A stretch of DNA of 62,115 nt, counting the filler. It is 13 parts of 13 records of this genome, joined end to end, with 100 filler letters (N's around TTAATTAATTAA, not from the genome) between each part and the next. Parts side by side here need not be neighbours in the genome. Positions count along the whole stretch, not along the records: positions 21,751 to 25,239 come from SRR7504441_63455; positions 25,340 to 31,259 come from SRR7504441_63458; positions 31,360 to 35,309 come from SRR7504441_63478; 10 more parts are not named here. The stretch is one strand, 5' to 3'. The notes below the pieces were generated by a model that had not been told where the DNA came from, ran no database searches, and was given only the letters and a program-made list of their open reading frames with translations. Of this stretch, positions 21,898-34,891 are shown in pieces. Positions within the stretch are counted from its first letter, which is position 1; each line of letters starts with the position of its first letter. The translations under genes and the position numbers were made by a program.

Positions 21898-24800
21898 ATG
21901 GTGGCTGGCCCGTCTCGGCCGCCGCTAGCGGGCGGCAGGCACAGCGGGCGAGCGGGGCGGTGGGGCGGGCGAGCAGCGTCAACGTGGAGCTGTCGAGTTC
22001 GTCCATAACCCAGCTGCTCGACCAGGGCCAGAACGACTGGTGGGTCCACCTCATCGCCTCGCACCAGAACGTCGACCGCACCCTCCGGCTGCTCTGGCAC
22101 CGGCTGGCCGAGGCCGAGGTGCCCGCGGGGCCCGCTGGCCTCAGCAGGGACAGGATTTCAACTGGGGGGACGAGCTGGGGCTGATGCCGCAGGGGCCCAC
22201 CGCCAAGTTGCTGCTCAACCTGCGCGGCACCTTCGGCGAGACCATTCTGCACTTTTGCATCCTGCAGGTGCCGGCCGCGGAGGCGGGCCGGTAAGCTGAG
22301 ATAGGTTGGGCTGCACGCTGGGGAGGACGCCTACATGTTCCATCGGGCCGAGACCATCGCCGAGAAGCTCATCCGCGACTATGGCCCGAGTGCGCAGCCC
22401 CGGGCGCAGGGCTGAGCGGCGGCAGATTCATGCGTCGATCTGGTCAACGCGCAGTATCATATCCACAAGCCAGCGCCGGGTGAGCCGGCAGATCACGTGT
22501 GCACTCAGGCCAACTGCCTGCGATGGGACGTTAAGCAGTCCTGCTTCGAGGGCGAGACCGCGCTCCACCTGGCCATCACGTTCAACCACGTCCGGCTGGT
22601 CCGGCTGCTGCTAGACAACGGCGCGGTGCGGCCCACGCGCGGTCCGCTCGCTGACTGGCTCGCAGCGGCTTGATCTGCGAGCCAGAGGCTCTTTCTTCAA
22701 CCCAGCGGGCGACTCATACTTTGGTGCCCCGCCCGTGGTCAGAGATGACCGGGTCCAGGCGAGCTGCCGTTGTCGTTTGCAGCCAGTCTGGGTCGTGTGG
22801 GTATGATCCGGATGATCGCAGAGCAGCTTCAGGCCACGCTCGATCCGCTTCAGGCCAATTTCGTGCGTCAACTGCCGCGGGGAGTGCTGACTTATGGGCA
22901 GATCGAGCGCCGCGAGAGGCTGTTCGACTTGGTGACCACTGTAGACACGTACGGGAACACTGCAACGCACATGTCGGTCCTTCACGGCCAGCAGGCAGCG
23001 CCAGCCACCAGCTGCTGGCCTAAGCCTGCGGGCAGGAGGCTTTTGATCTGTTGGTCCACCTCGGAAGCGACCAGAGTCTCGGGATCCACAGCCAGGAGCT
23101 CGAACATGTGGAGAAAATGTTCGTGCAGGCCGATGTGGATAAGTCGGATCATCTCGACTACAAGGAGTTTGTCAAGATCGTGTCTCAGATCTACAGAACC
23201 CACTGGGAGGAGACAGATATCGGTGTGGGGCCCAAGACCGATAAAGAAGGCTGCACAGCTTTGGCAGTCAAAACGGTGCAGCACAAGGCCAGAGCCGACT
23301 CAATGTTCTGGGCAGGTGCGCCGGTTTCTTGACATGAAGGGAAACATGAGCATGAACTGCAACGTTGCTTCGTGCCAGAACGACCGGTGCACACTCGGCT
23401 CACGTGAACTGTATGTGGGAGGCATGAGCGAGTCCGAGTACTCAGACTGGCTCCATGGGGTGTGGTGGAGCGAAGGGCTGCTGGCTTTCCAGAATGCTAG
23501 AGCGCTCAACCCACTCGCACTTTCAGCGCTGTTTAAGCCTGCGATGTTTAACCACGTGCTCTCCCAGAATGCTCTTGTGCTATGGAGGTTCGGTAAGCTG
23601 GTGTGCTCCGAGCTGGACCTGCGCCTGATCGATACAGTTGACGTGTCGGCGCTAATTGACGACTCTAGTGAACTGGTACTGCACAGGCCACATAGGCTGT
23701 CACCAGCTTTGGCAGGCATTGCGCTGCCGCGCCATACTCTCACTGATTCTTATGAACGAGGTCGAGGAGCTTGCCACGGATCCCCGCATCGAGGTGCATT
23801 GCGCCAGTTGATTAATGCTGACATGGGATGGCCACAGAGCATTCTGCATATGAAGTGGCATGCTTTTGGTTATGCGTGGTTCCGGTACGAGTTATTGATA
23901 AGTCTCTTGGAGCTTGGTCTACTCTGGGGCCTTGCGACCATCCTGAAAGGGGAAAGCACTGGATGGGCGGTCCTGCAAGATGTCGACATCCCATTATTCG
24001 TATTGGTCACCCTTCGCCTGGCACAGACGATTTTTGAGTTATGGGATATCAAATTCCTCCGGGACCAAAAGACTGTGCTGATCAAAAAGGCTGCTGCAGC
24101 TGTTGACATGCAGCTGGATCGCCACTGGTTGGAACTGGAAGGTCCAGAGAGGTACACTCAAGACAAAAAGCTTTATTTGCAAGAGACCCGGCATCGCGGT
24201 GACTGCCTACACGGCGCCAATCGTCGAATGGAAGACCCCTTCATTTATCAGGTTCGCACCCAAGTGCTCCTAAAATAGTCATAGATTTGAACATAATCCT
24301 GAAAATAATGTCCTGGGACGACAGGCAACTCTCAACTTTCGTCTTTTCTCAATACCTGGACGGACGCTCATAGTCATCAGCTTCCTTATCCGCCAATCCG
24401 GTGACAAACAAGAACATTCCACTAGCAGTGATTTATGTATCGCTCTGGGAGCCGTACTGCTGCACCTTTGCCTATTCAAATATGCCTGTGGATACCAATG
24501 GAGTTCCAGAATGCTAACACTGCTTACCCGCACGACACTGAAGGACATCCCAGCGTTCTTGGCTGCTCTGGCTATATTTATTCTTGGCTTTGGTCTGGGT
24601 TTATATTTGCTGGATGTCGAGTTTGAATCGATCCCGGACACCTGGCTTACTCTTTATCGAATCACGATCGGCGAGAAGCCTGCATGGTCAAAGGCCAGCT
24701 ACACAACCAACTATGGGCCAACTATTGTACTGCTCTACGTGCTGTTCACAGTATCCGTGGCTATTCTTCTCGTCAGGCTGTTGATCTCGATGTTTAACGA

Positions 24801-25239
24801 AACCTACGCCGAGGTGAAAGTGTCGATCCGCCCGATCTGGCTCATCCACCGTGGTAATTTTGTGTGGAATGCAGAGCGCAGGCTGTTGCGCTTTCTGAGG
24901 TATTTCACATGGCTCTCGAAGCTTTGCTCGAAGTGCTGGCCTTTTGAGAGCATGAAAACCTCACTGCTTACGCGACTCTGGTTAGGATCGTGGGCTAAAA
25001 ACGGCGATCTGGGTTATGGTCTGGGTGAACACAAAATCGCCACATATACAGCCCAGAACCCGCAGCACTGGACTACAGATGCTCCTGACTACATTCCAAG
25101 CGCTGAGAGTATAGCTGCAGTTGTACTGCCAAAAATGCTGAGCCGGAATTTTACTCTTGCACCACCAATTGACACTTTAGACAAACCCGTCCTCGATGAT
25201 GCGCCTGACTTGGACGATACGCCTGATTTGGACGATACG
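21898..25239 (+). CDS. TRPV-like cation channel (ankyrin repeats + inserted EF-hand + 6TM/TRP helix), many introns, 3' truncated
   Basis: The spliced product contains FEGETALHLAI, ARGSFFNPAGDSYFGELPLSFAA, DTYGNTATH, WRFGKLVCSELDLRLID, LHMKW, KDIPAFL, TLYRITIGE and LLISMFNETYAEV…W, all TRPV-type signatures. Confidence 0.85.
25192..25239 (+). repeat. 18-nt coding tandem repeat (LDD[A/T]PD)n at the contig end
   Basis: ctcgatgatgcgcctgac ttggacgatacgcctgat ttggacgatacg; the contig breaks inside the repeat. Confidence 0.8.
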
Positions 25240-25339
25240 NNNNNNNNNNNNNNNNNNNNNNNNNNNNNNNNNNNNNNNNNNNNTTAATTAATTAANNNNN
25301 NNNNNNNNNNNNNNNNNNNNNNNNNNNNNNNNNNNNNNN

Positions 25340-28300
25340 AGGTCGAAGCCATTGAAGAGACTCCCGTCGACCCTGCATGGTTCGAGGGTGATAAGTTAAT
25401 CGCGAGTGAATGTGTCCAGGATGCAGATGGACCCGCAGAATCAGAGGATAATACAGTCGACGAAGACACTGAGCAGGCACCCCGATCGTGTTGTCGGAAG
25501 TGTACTGCTGTTTTATTGTGGGTCCCCATTCACGCTGTCTCCTTATTCAACTGGACACTTTGTGCCTTGGAAACAAGAGACGGCAACCGTTTTCGGCAGG
25601 CTGAAGGAATAACTTTCGTACATCAAGGGCTAGAGTCGTCTCCTGAGCGGTCCATAGGGAGAAGAACGATAGATACCATACAGGACAGGTCTGAGGAGCT
25701 GTGCTTCGTATTCATCGCATTGAACCACATGATAAACGCCGGATTAGCTTCCATGTTGTTGGCTTTCTCCAGCTTCTTGTATGCCATGGTTCAGCGACCC
25801 ACAGCAGATAAGCGGTATTGGACTTCAGTGATCTGGTATTGTGTTGTACTCATTCTGCTCAGGGTCTCTGTCGCGCTTCCAACGTTTGTGCCCAATGTTG
25901 TCTTCTATGGAAATGTCTCGTCGGCTGATCTGTGCGCCCGCAACTATATGACGATTCCTTGTGGCTCAAATGCCACGGTGCAGTGCGACCTCTACCCCAC
26001 CGAGTGTTATCAATGTGAGCACACGGCTTTGGCCTACCATGATTGGCCCCTAATCCTCGGTGTCGCGAAGTATGATTCGACAGAAGGGTTGGTATTCTCA
26101 ATCCTTGGCGACTTGCTGGTCGTGTGTGTTGTTGCCTTGCATCTCGGAACATGTGAACACCGTGGTACGCACCGCTGTCAAGGGGGTCTCGACCCTGCCT
26201 TCGAAGCTGCCGTTGATGCGCTTGGTGGCGGGTGGATAGAGCATGATGAGATTCTAGAGTCGATTACAATTGTGGGGTACCACACCAACGAGCTTGGACT
26301 GTCGACGGATCAACTTCAGAAAGTCTTTGCCCCTGCAACACAGTTGCTCTTACGCGAGTGGGTCCTTGGTCTGGCTCAGCGTGCATTAGTTCGCACTGAT
26401 TGTGTGGAATGCACGGATGTGCTTGACACTTCACACGAACAACTCAGATCGTCCTTGCGTGTCCGAAGTGCTAAAGACAAAGAGGCGAAGGAGAAAATTT
26501 CGCAGTCTTTACTGTGCAGATGTGCCCTCGAACTGATTGAACATCTCGATAGATATATGAGTGATGAGATACAAGATGGTCTCTTCAACCTCGAAGCAGC
26601 GGAGCACCTCCTTGTCCAACGGCCAACACAGCATGCAGAGAGCCAGGACTTGCGCAGTAGGCTTGGCGAAGCAACACTTCTGGAGGAGGCGTCCGACGAA
26701 CCACTCAGTGACGACAATGAGCATGCAGCTATCGCAGAAAGCACTGACCCTGCATCGCTACCTGATTCTCCTTTCCGCACTCCGATAGGAGCAAATGAGA
26801 CCGATCCACGGGTCACTCCCTGGGCAGGCTGCAAACACTCGGACGGAGTGTTGCCGGATGGTGCATCTGCAGAAGCATGTGACGAGTACGAGGAGCTCCT
26901 GGTACCAGTTTCAGCAGAAGTCTCTGATTCGTCAAAAGATGGAGCGTCCGACTTGGACTTGGAAGCGGCAAGTTTGCGCACTTGCATCAGACTGATCTTT
27001 CTTTACTAGGAATTTGTCAAGCTTAGTGGTTTACAGACTTGTATCAGGAGCGTCACCTGTGTCGAGCTGCTCGTATATGGCGACAGCAGCGAAGGTGGCC
27101 TTGCGATTGTGTTTGATGTGAGTTGAGCGGGTAGACGTAGAGGGGGGCATCGATGCATATTTTGCGATGGTCTGCTTTGATATTTTGGCAATGGTATTTG
27201 CTCCTCCTGGGTGGCTTAAACACTTGATTTTGATTTGTGCTAGGTTTGGAGTCTGCTCTATGTGGTCTTGAACAGCGACCAAAACCCGGGGGATGAGACG
27301 TTGAATCAAGACTCTACATCAGGCTCGATCCCCATATCTCTTTTTTATGTACTCATTGTTCAGTTTGCCTTCATGCTCGTCGACCGCATGGTCTATTGCT
27401 ATCAGTCCACACGCTGCAAGCTGGGTCTTCAATTGACCAGTGTTGTCTTCTTCCATGTCATTTTACTGTACAACCCGCCCATGCAGCTCAAAACAGCGTT
27501 AGTGTGTATCTGGTACCTTTTGAAGAGCTGCTATTGGGGCCTTTCAGCAATGCAAATCCGCCTGCTATACAACAAGACACACTGCAGAGAAGATTACTGG
27601 ACCTCGACTCCTCTTGAGGGGGACAAGTGGAAGCCATCGTATTACAAGCTCGTTGGCTACTATGTTTACAAAGGGATTCCTTTCCTGTTCGAGCTTCGGG
27701 TACTGGTAGATTGGATGTGCACAGAAACTGCCCTAAGCTTCTTCGAATGGTTCAAGCTGGAAGACATTCATGGACAGCTGTTTGTGAATAAGACGAACAT
27801 TCGATTGCAGCAAGACAGCGACAGGCGCACAGGCGATCTCCAAGCTGGATGGTTTCGGTGGCTGTTAGGTGGGTTGATTGTGCTGGGGCTGGTCATCTTG
27901 CTGTGGGGCCCGCTCTTCATATTTTCCTCTGGGTTCCCGTCTACCACGGTGGACCTCGTCACCGACACTAGTGCTGCGATTACCGTGCTGAGTCAGACAC
28001 GGGATTCATACACCTCTAACACTATATATAGCTCCGGGCCCACGCTCAACTCCACTGCTGTGGCATCATGGGACCTTCCTGCTTCCGAGTACAGCGTGCG
28101 GCAGCTACACTTTCCTGTGAGCTCTAGTGACCCATGGGAGCCAACTCCGCCGACACTGAAATTAGTCCAGTCCATGGTCCTCCCCGAGCAATGCCAGTTC
28201 ACGCGCTTGTCTGTGCACTACACCTTTTCGCGTCTTCAAGGCACAGCCATGGAATGGTAACCTGAGCCCCCTCCCTATCTGATCCCAATGTGACCTGTTC

Positions 28301-29237
28301 AGGGATACCCCAGAGACATTTGGCTTCTTTGGACCAACCGCGTGCGAGCAGATGCGAGGCGCACTGAGCAATTATCAGAACGCCATTGACAATGACTGCC
28401 CATTCAGTTCCGGCTCAATCCTGCTGAATCCTTCCAACACTACTTCTGGCAAAGAAACCACGCGACCTAAGCTGATCCTGCCACGCGATGTCGGTGCAAC
28501 GGTGTCGCCCGTGGGAGTAGGGTCAGTCGTCCAGCTGATCCTGAGACTCAACCGTCAGTGCAATCAGCGTGATTTTGTGGTCGGACCCAAGTGTGCAGGC
28601 GGGTCTCACACCACAAACGCGACCACTTGCGCGCAGTGGAGTGGTTGGTTCAGCGTTAACAGCTGCTCGGGTTCACACAAGGTGTGCCAACAGATGATTC
28701 AGAAAAACAACCACACAGCAGTCGAGCCCATCTCGGTGCTAGTGGCTACAGAGTCCCAGCTTTCTGGGGTGTTTGGCATACTGCAGCAACAGGTCTGCCA
28801 GACTACAGTTGCTGTCGGTCTGGCCTTGAGACTGTGTTCTGCAGGGTGGCCTTGTTTTCGTGTACACATCGGTGGTGCTGCTGATTGGCCGACTTATCCG
28901 GAGTGCCTTTGGTGGTGCGCAGGTGCGCATGCATCGGGGCCAGCACTTGATGCAGCGTTGCAGGTTCGAATTGTGTTTGAAGACATGGAGGACGTGCACA
29001 AGCCGTACGAACTGTGTCGTGCCATCTACCTGGCCCGCACGATGCGCAATCTAGAGCAGGTGCCTCCATTGCGTCGTGATTGTTGTTGCTTGACCAGCAA
29101 GGGGGCGACAGGAGGAAATGTTATACCGCGAACTTATAAACCTTTATAGGAACCCATACAACCTTTACTGGGCGACAAAGAGGCCGGAAGGAATGCACAT
29201 GTGGGGCGGCGATTATACCAAATCTAAGAGCGAGTGA
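25340..29237 (+). CDS. PIEZO: Piezo-family mechanosensitive channel, C-terminal part (5' truncated), several introns
   Basis: LVDRMVY, LSAMQIR, YKGIPFLFELRVLVDWMCTETALSFFEWFKLEDI (Piezo signature), LWGPLFIFSS, YTSVVLLIGRLIR, IYLAR…EEMLYRELINLYRNP. Stop TGA at 29235-29237. Confidence 0.93.
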
Positions 29238-29474
29238 GACTCGCTGTACTAGTTAGCCTCAATTGCAATAGCCGTACAGTGTACACTGTATAGCCTACGG
29301 ATACAAGCAGAATCTGATAAGATCTCGTAGAAAGATGAGAAAATAGTACGCATGTACTAAGCATGTACTTGCGTTACAATCATGTAGTGGCAACATCCAG
29401 TAAAATATCACAGATTTATTCTCGTCCGTACCACTGTGGCACTTATTTCGCATTATTAATTTAGGATTTATGAA

Positions 29475-31123
29475 TTACGGCGTATTGTGCCAAGTTGCGC
29501 CTACCGAAGGGACTTTCCTCAGACACGTACTTGCATAGATATCAGATACGTTGAAGGACGGAGTGAGCGAAAAACATTCCGGGCAGGCTGCGCATGCTCC
29601 CGAAGCCCATGCGCACTTGGCGGCCGATGTTGTTTTGAGACCCCTCGCATCTTTGTGATGCGCGCACCAAGATAAACATTGGTCTGGACCTACCCGTGGA
29701 AGACTCAAGTACGCACCCGGTGCCCTGACAGCAGGATTTACATTGTAGTATGCATCGTACTGCAGCATGTCGCTGCAGCAAAAGTCGAAGTCTGTCTTAG
29801 CAACACCTATGCTGCTGCTGCACTTGAATGTTGGAAGCGGATAGTCGATCACAAACTTTGTCGACGCGTTTCCATTGCCGCACCACGCCCTGACCTCGGC
29901 CTCCCGTGCTCCCGTGCAATCAGCCTCACTTTTGCCCACGGATGCAAGATCGCGGGTCCACTCCTCGGGATCTCCAATTTGCTGCTGGTATTTCTCAGGC
30001 TGGAGCGGGCATCCGCCCGGAGCCTGGACAAAGCAGCCAAGAATCTGCGCTTGAGAGCCTCCCTCGGCAATGCAGGCTGCACTCGAATTCGTGCTATTTC
30101 CCCGCACCCAGCCGCTGATAGTAGTGGCTGTTTTGTTCAAACCTGGGTCTAGCGTGACCGCCACCTTCATGGCATTCTGCCACTGGCTCTGCGCCTCGCG
30201 CGCCGTACACAACCGGTTGCCGATCTTGGCACAGCGAGCCTCGGCTTCCTTGATCGTCTTTTCGCCGTCGTGCGCCGCCTAGCGTTACTCCACCGGCTAT
30301 AGTAGCTGGACCCTTCCATCGTTGCTGAAATATAACCGGAGTATGGAGTCACGTCTACAGTCTTCTTTGGGTAATCGTGACATCCACTGTTTGGATAAAC
30401 CTCCCAGCCCTTCCTGTGCCATTTCGATCCACTGTTCCAGCTTAACGTGGACCCGTCGTCGGAGAGAACCGCTTTGTTGTCCCAACTCCGGGCCACCACA
30501 TTCCTGCCTGATATTGCGATTGGGGTTCCCGCATAAGTGGCTGTACACCCGCTTTGCGTAACCACACGGCCGCCGTTTGCGAACCACCACTGTCCAGCAA
30601 TGTTCACGCACCCAGAAGACTTATTCACGACATTCCACTCTAATGCTGGGTCTACCGACCTGCGCCGCCTGTAACCATTACACTTCCACATGGAGCGCCG
30701 ACGCCAGCTTCCCTGCCCAGCGTCGCGTTCCTTTCTTGACATCCCAGGGCCGGCATAATTTCCTCTGTGCTGGTAAGAGTAATAACTGTCGCGAAACGAA
30801 TCTGAGCAATATTGAAAATTGTCTGACTGGTCAGAGGAACCCAGTTTGTTCGTGCTGGTCCGGTAAGCGTATGGATATTGAGGGGGGCATTCGTCTGACG
30901 AGTCCCCCTGCGAATCTCTGAGTCGCCGCCTCGGAACGTCTGAGAGAAGGGCCTCCTGTCCCCCCCCAATGAGCTCTGCACGAGCATCATCTCTGGCCAC
31001 CTGCTGCTCCTGCTCCAGTCCGATGGACTGCACCTCCAGCCGGTCGGTTCGCCCAGATCCCGCTCCCGCGCCCCAGACCACAAAGAGCGCCACCACAGCC
31101 CCCGCCGCCAGGCGGACTGGCAT
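29475..31123 (-). CDS. Secreted cysteine-rich modular protein of unknown function (two ORFs joined by an unresolved intron or frameshift near 30240-30320)
   Basis: Signal peptide MPVRLAAGAVVALFVVWGAGAG; polybasic RRR sites; CPPQYPYAY, EARC…RLCTARE and WCA…CAWASGACAACPEC Cys modules. Confidence 0.55.
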
Positions 31124-31359
31124 CGCCACGAGATTTTAGGGAGAATCCCTCCCCCGGGAGGGGTAGGGGGGGGGGGGGGCTTTTTTTCGTTTTTTTTCTT
31201 CCTACGGTAGAGGCAGAGTTGCCGACTCGGATCGAGTCAGTTGCTGCTGACTCGAGTCCNNNNNNNNNNNNNNNNNNNNNNNNNNNNNNNNNNNNNNNNN
31301 NNNTTAATTAATTAANNNNNNNNNNNNNNNNNNNNNNNNNNNNNNNNNNNNNNNNNNNN

Positions 31360-31921
31360 AGATGCCGGAGGAGCGCAAGGCGCAATATCTGGTGCTCGGG
31401 AACAAGATAGATCAGCGCAACAAGATTGCTGTCCAGGAGAAAGTGGTGCGGGTACCCTGGGCCAGTGTATGAGCCTCGCGTATGCAGGCCAGGGACTGGG
31501 CAGATAGCCACGGCTTTCTATTCGCACAGGCATCGGCGCGCTCTGGCCAGAATGCAACCGATGCACTCAATAGTTTGGTGGATGGTGCTCGTGCGCAACC
31601 GGCTGCTTGGCTGAAGCTTGCCGGTGGCAGCCGTGTATGAACTCAAGTATAGACCGCAAGTTCTGGTGGAGCGAATAGCAGTAGAAGAGTTTGGGAATGA
31701 CAACTACGGGCCCGGTAAGCCATGTCTTTGCTATAGCAAGCTGTTCCGTTTTACATGCAGTGGGACAGTTGAAGAGGAAGATGATGAGGAATGTGAGGTT
31801 GTGATACCAGAGCCCCCATCTGGCGAAGAGGTGCGCTTAAGCACTAATATTTCACGCCTTGGCGTTGCTTGACGATTCGCATGTCTATTATTAGGAGAAG
31901 CCCTGTTGTGTCCTAAGCTAG
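31360..31921 (+). CDS. Rab/Ras-family small GTPase, C-terminal half (5' truncated), with introns
   Basis: Spliced: YLVLGNKID (G4)…ARDWADSHGFLFAQASARSGQN (G5)…EKPCCVLS* (prenylation motif). Confidence 0.75.
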
Positions 31922-32490
31922 CATCATCGAGGATATGTGATGGATCCGTAAATATCAATGGATCTGTGGAGCGATCACTACATGTACGAAACTCCTCCGA
32001 TCTCATTTGCGTATTATTATCAATATCATGCAGATGAGCATTGAATAATATTTATATGATATTTAGTATTTAGCTATCACACTGATGAGTAGTAGATCAA
32101 TATGAGTCCGGCAGTACGGTAGTGCTCACTCAGCACTCAAGGTTGAAAGTAGGTTGAAAGCTCCCTTACCGCTAAATTGCCTCAACAACGCTAGCTACAA
32201 TAAACGAATTTTGGATTTTTCATGATTATTATGATGTACGTCGATGCAACCGGCGTGCTCCGACTCTCAATAGACCCTAAACATGAGCCTCTAAGACTCG
32301 AACACTGCGCAAATGGCAATAGTGAACTCCAAACTAATTACTTGAGCAGGATCTTGAATGGCTTGGCTATAATAAATTACGAGCAAACTTCAGGTAGGCT
32401 TTACACAGGAGCACGACTTTTGAATGCTGGTTTTGGCCACACATACATTCTGACTGGTGCTCTTTTCAAAAGTTGAACTTGCTTTGCTCA

Positions 32491-33406
32491 TTAATGGCAT
32501 AGGTTCTGGCGAGTTGTGGACTGTCGGCTGGGGGGAACATGGACAGTTGGCTTTGGGGAATCTCGATCATCTGACTGGTATGTCATGGATCGCGATATGC
32601 TTGTTGTGAGCAGTACATGGGTCCAGGCGAAAAGTCTGTCGGCCGAATCCAAAAAGCCCCACTGCCTGCTGAACTGACAGGCTTCAACAAGGCACATTCC
32701 CTGTACTCTGGTTGGTACCACGGGTTTGTTGTGGCTGATGGAGGGTGCCCTGATGTGAGCACTGAAAAGTTCACTGGCTTCTGTGAGAACGAGTGTATGT
32801 GCATAGCCACATTCCACCTACCAAAATTAAATGTTCGAACACAGCACTGGCTGGCCGTATCCACCTGCTTTACTTTGCGCGACTTGAAGAAGTGCACTTC
32901 CTTTGGGGTCTTTGCGTTCTCAGTGTCGCCAGTGCCCAATGCTCCACCTCCACCTGGGCAGAGCCATGAGTCGTATGCCCAGCCAGCACGCAGTCGAGAC
33001 TGGCCGTGCGGGGCTGGCCGCCACACACAGTGCACTCCCCGAGGCCCCGCTACGGCGGCCGATTTCCCTAACCCAGTGCGCAGCGCACCAGCCCCCCACG
33101 AGAAGAGTTTGCCCTCGGAGGTCAGTGCCACCGTGTGGTACTCGCCAGCGCTGATGCTCACAATGTCGTGCCCGTCAATAGCCCCAGATACCTGCCACAT
33201 TGGCCAGCTCCAGTGCTGGCATGCTGGGATCTGACCAGCGCGGGGTCCCACTTGGTCTCGTACTCGCCCACTCCAACCCGGCCATGGTCGCCTTGACCCC
33301 AGCCGTACAGCAGCGACTCTGCCCGCCCGTCGACAGGCAGCCACGGCCCAGAGGCACCTGCAGCGACACCAGCAACCGCGGCCAGCGCCAGCACACACAG
33401 TCGCAT
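32491..33406 (-). CDS. RCC1/BLIP-II repeat protein with a signal peptide; 3' end uncertain
   Basis: MRLCVLALAAVAGVAAG; LYGWGQGDHGRVGVG; IVSISAGEYHTVALTSEGKLFSWG; GALGTGD; VECGYAHTLVLT. Confidence 0.7.
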
Positions 33407-33630
33407 GCGTTCTCGACTGCACAGCGCAGTGATGCAATCGACTGGACTCCCCGCACTCGATTCGGAGTCCAGAGATGAGAGATCCGTTGAAACATCTCAC
33501 CCCCGAGGCACTGCCCGCAGAGGAGCACTGCCGCAGAAGAGAACCGTGGACCAGAGCCCGAGTTCCCAGCGCCCTCGCCTGCCTCAGCTACACCGATCGG
33601 AGCAGATCGCGCGGGTGGTATCGGCCCGGC

Positions 33631-34665
33631 ATGCGGAGCGCCATCCCGGGGCTGCTGGCCTGCGGGTTCTTCTGCCTGGTGGGACCTGCCATCATCTTCC
33701 TCAACAAGCACATCCTCAAGGAGCTGCCCTTCCCGATCCTGCTCAGGTCCCCCCCGCCCCCGTGCCCGGCCTGACGTGCCCGTGTCAGCCTGACGGGAAT
33801 GATGACCTCGGCTGTGCTGGCAACGGCGGCCTGCCGGCTCGGGCTGGCTTCACAGGCCAACACCGGCAAGATCTCGCTGGGCTTCTACCTGAGGAACGTG
33901 GCGCCGATCGGGGTGCTCGGCGGGATGACGCTCTGGCAGGGAAACCGGGCCTACTTGTTCTGCAGCGTGGCGTACATTCAAATGGTCAAAGCCTGCTCAC
34001 CACTGGCACTGGTGGCGCTGACAGCCATCCACGATCGGGCTCTTCCGAGGCTGGCGGTGGTGCTGTCGGTGGCGGTGGTCACCCTGGGGACTCTCGTCTC
34101 GTCGATGGGTGAGGTCCACTTCTCTTTGGTCGGATTTATCGCCATTTGGCTCTCCAACCTGTGTGAGTGCTCTCGGGTGCTCATGCAGGAGCGACTGGTC
34201 CAGAACTTTCAATTCGGCGTGCTCGAAGGAATATCCTACATCTATCCAGTGGCCTCTGTGTTCCTGGCCGGCATGTTCTACCTGGTCGAGTGGCCAAGCT
34301 TCGTTGAGCAGGCGGCCTGGGCCAAAATTGTAGCAAACCCACTCCTGCTGGTTGCGGCCTCCCTCTTTGGGTTTCTGGTGAACTTCACGGGATTTTTAGT
34401 GATCAAATACACTTCATCGCTGACCCTGAAGATTCTAGGGAGTGCCCGCAATGCTGTCATTGTGTTGCTGTCAGCTGTGCTCTTGCACGAACATGTGACC
34501 TCAATCCAAGTGGGAGGCTACTTTGTCACGTTGGCAGGATTTAGCTGGTACAATCAAGTCAAGACGCAAAAGCTACCATTAGTAAGCAGGAATAGAGAAG
34601 AAGATGGCTTGGACCAAGTGTCGCCCATGTTGTCGCCCAAAAGCCATGTTCACAATAAAGTTTGA
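33631..34665 (+). CDS. TPT/nucleotide-sugar transporter (DMT superfamily), one intron
   Basis: IIFLNKHIL…FPILL, GNRAYLFCSVAYIQMVKA, FLVIKYTSSLTLKILGSARN. An upstream ATG at 33475 is also possible. Confidence 0.88.
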
Positions 34666-34891
34666 TGAATCGCAGATAACTCAGTGGTTACTGTATAGCT
34701 CGCAGTTCCGGCGATGACCGTAGATTGAGAAACAACGAGTGACATGTAAGTGTTTTATTGACAATGAGCTCCCCGCTGATTTTCACTTTTCTATTCGCCA
34801 TGTGTGCTATCCATGGGTGGTTGGCCGTGCGAGTAAATATGAGGAGGCTTCCTAACTTTACGCAGGCCCTTGTCCGTCAGGTGCAGCCCAC

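Noticed and set aside
25340-29237. In-frame stops and frameshifts in Piezo, TRPV, MIOS and P2X as pseudogenes, stop-codon reassignment or programmed frameshifting
   Set aside because: Where I checked, they fall inside short GT/GC-AG introns whose removal restores conserved motifs. TAA, TAG and TGA all end genes normally.
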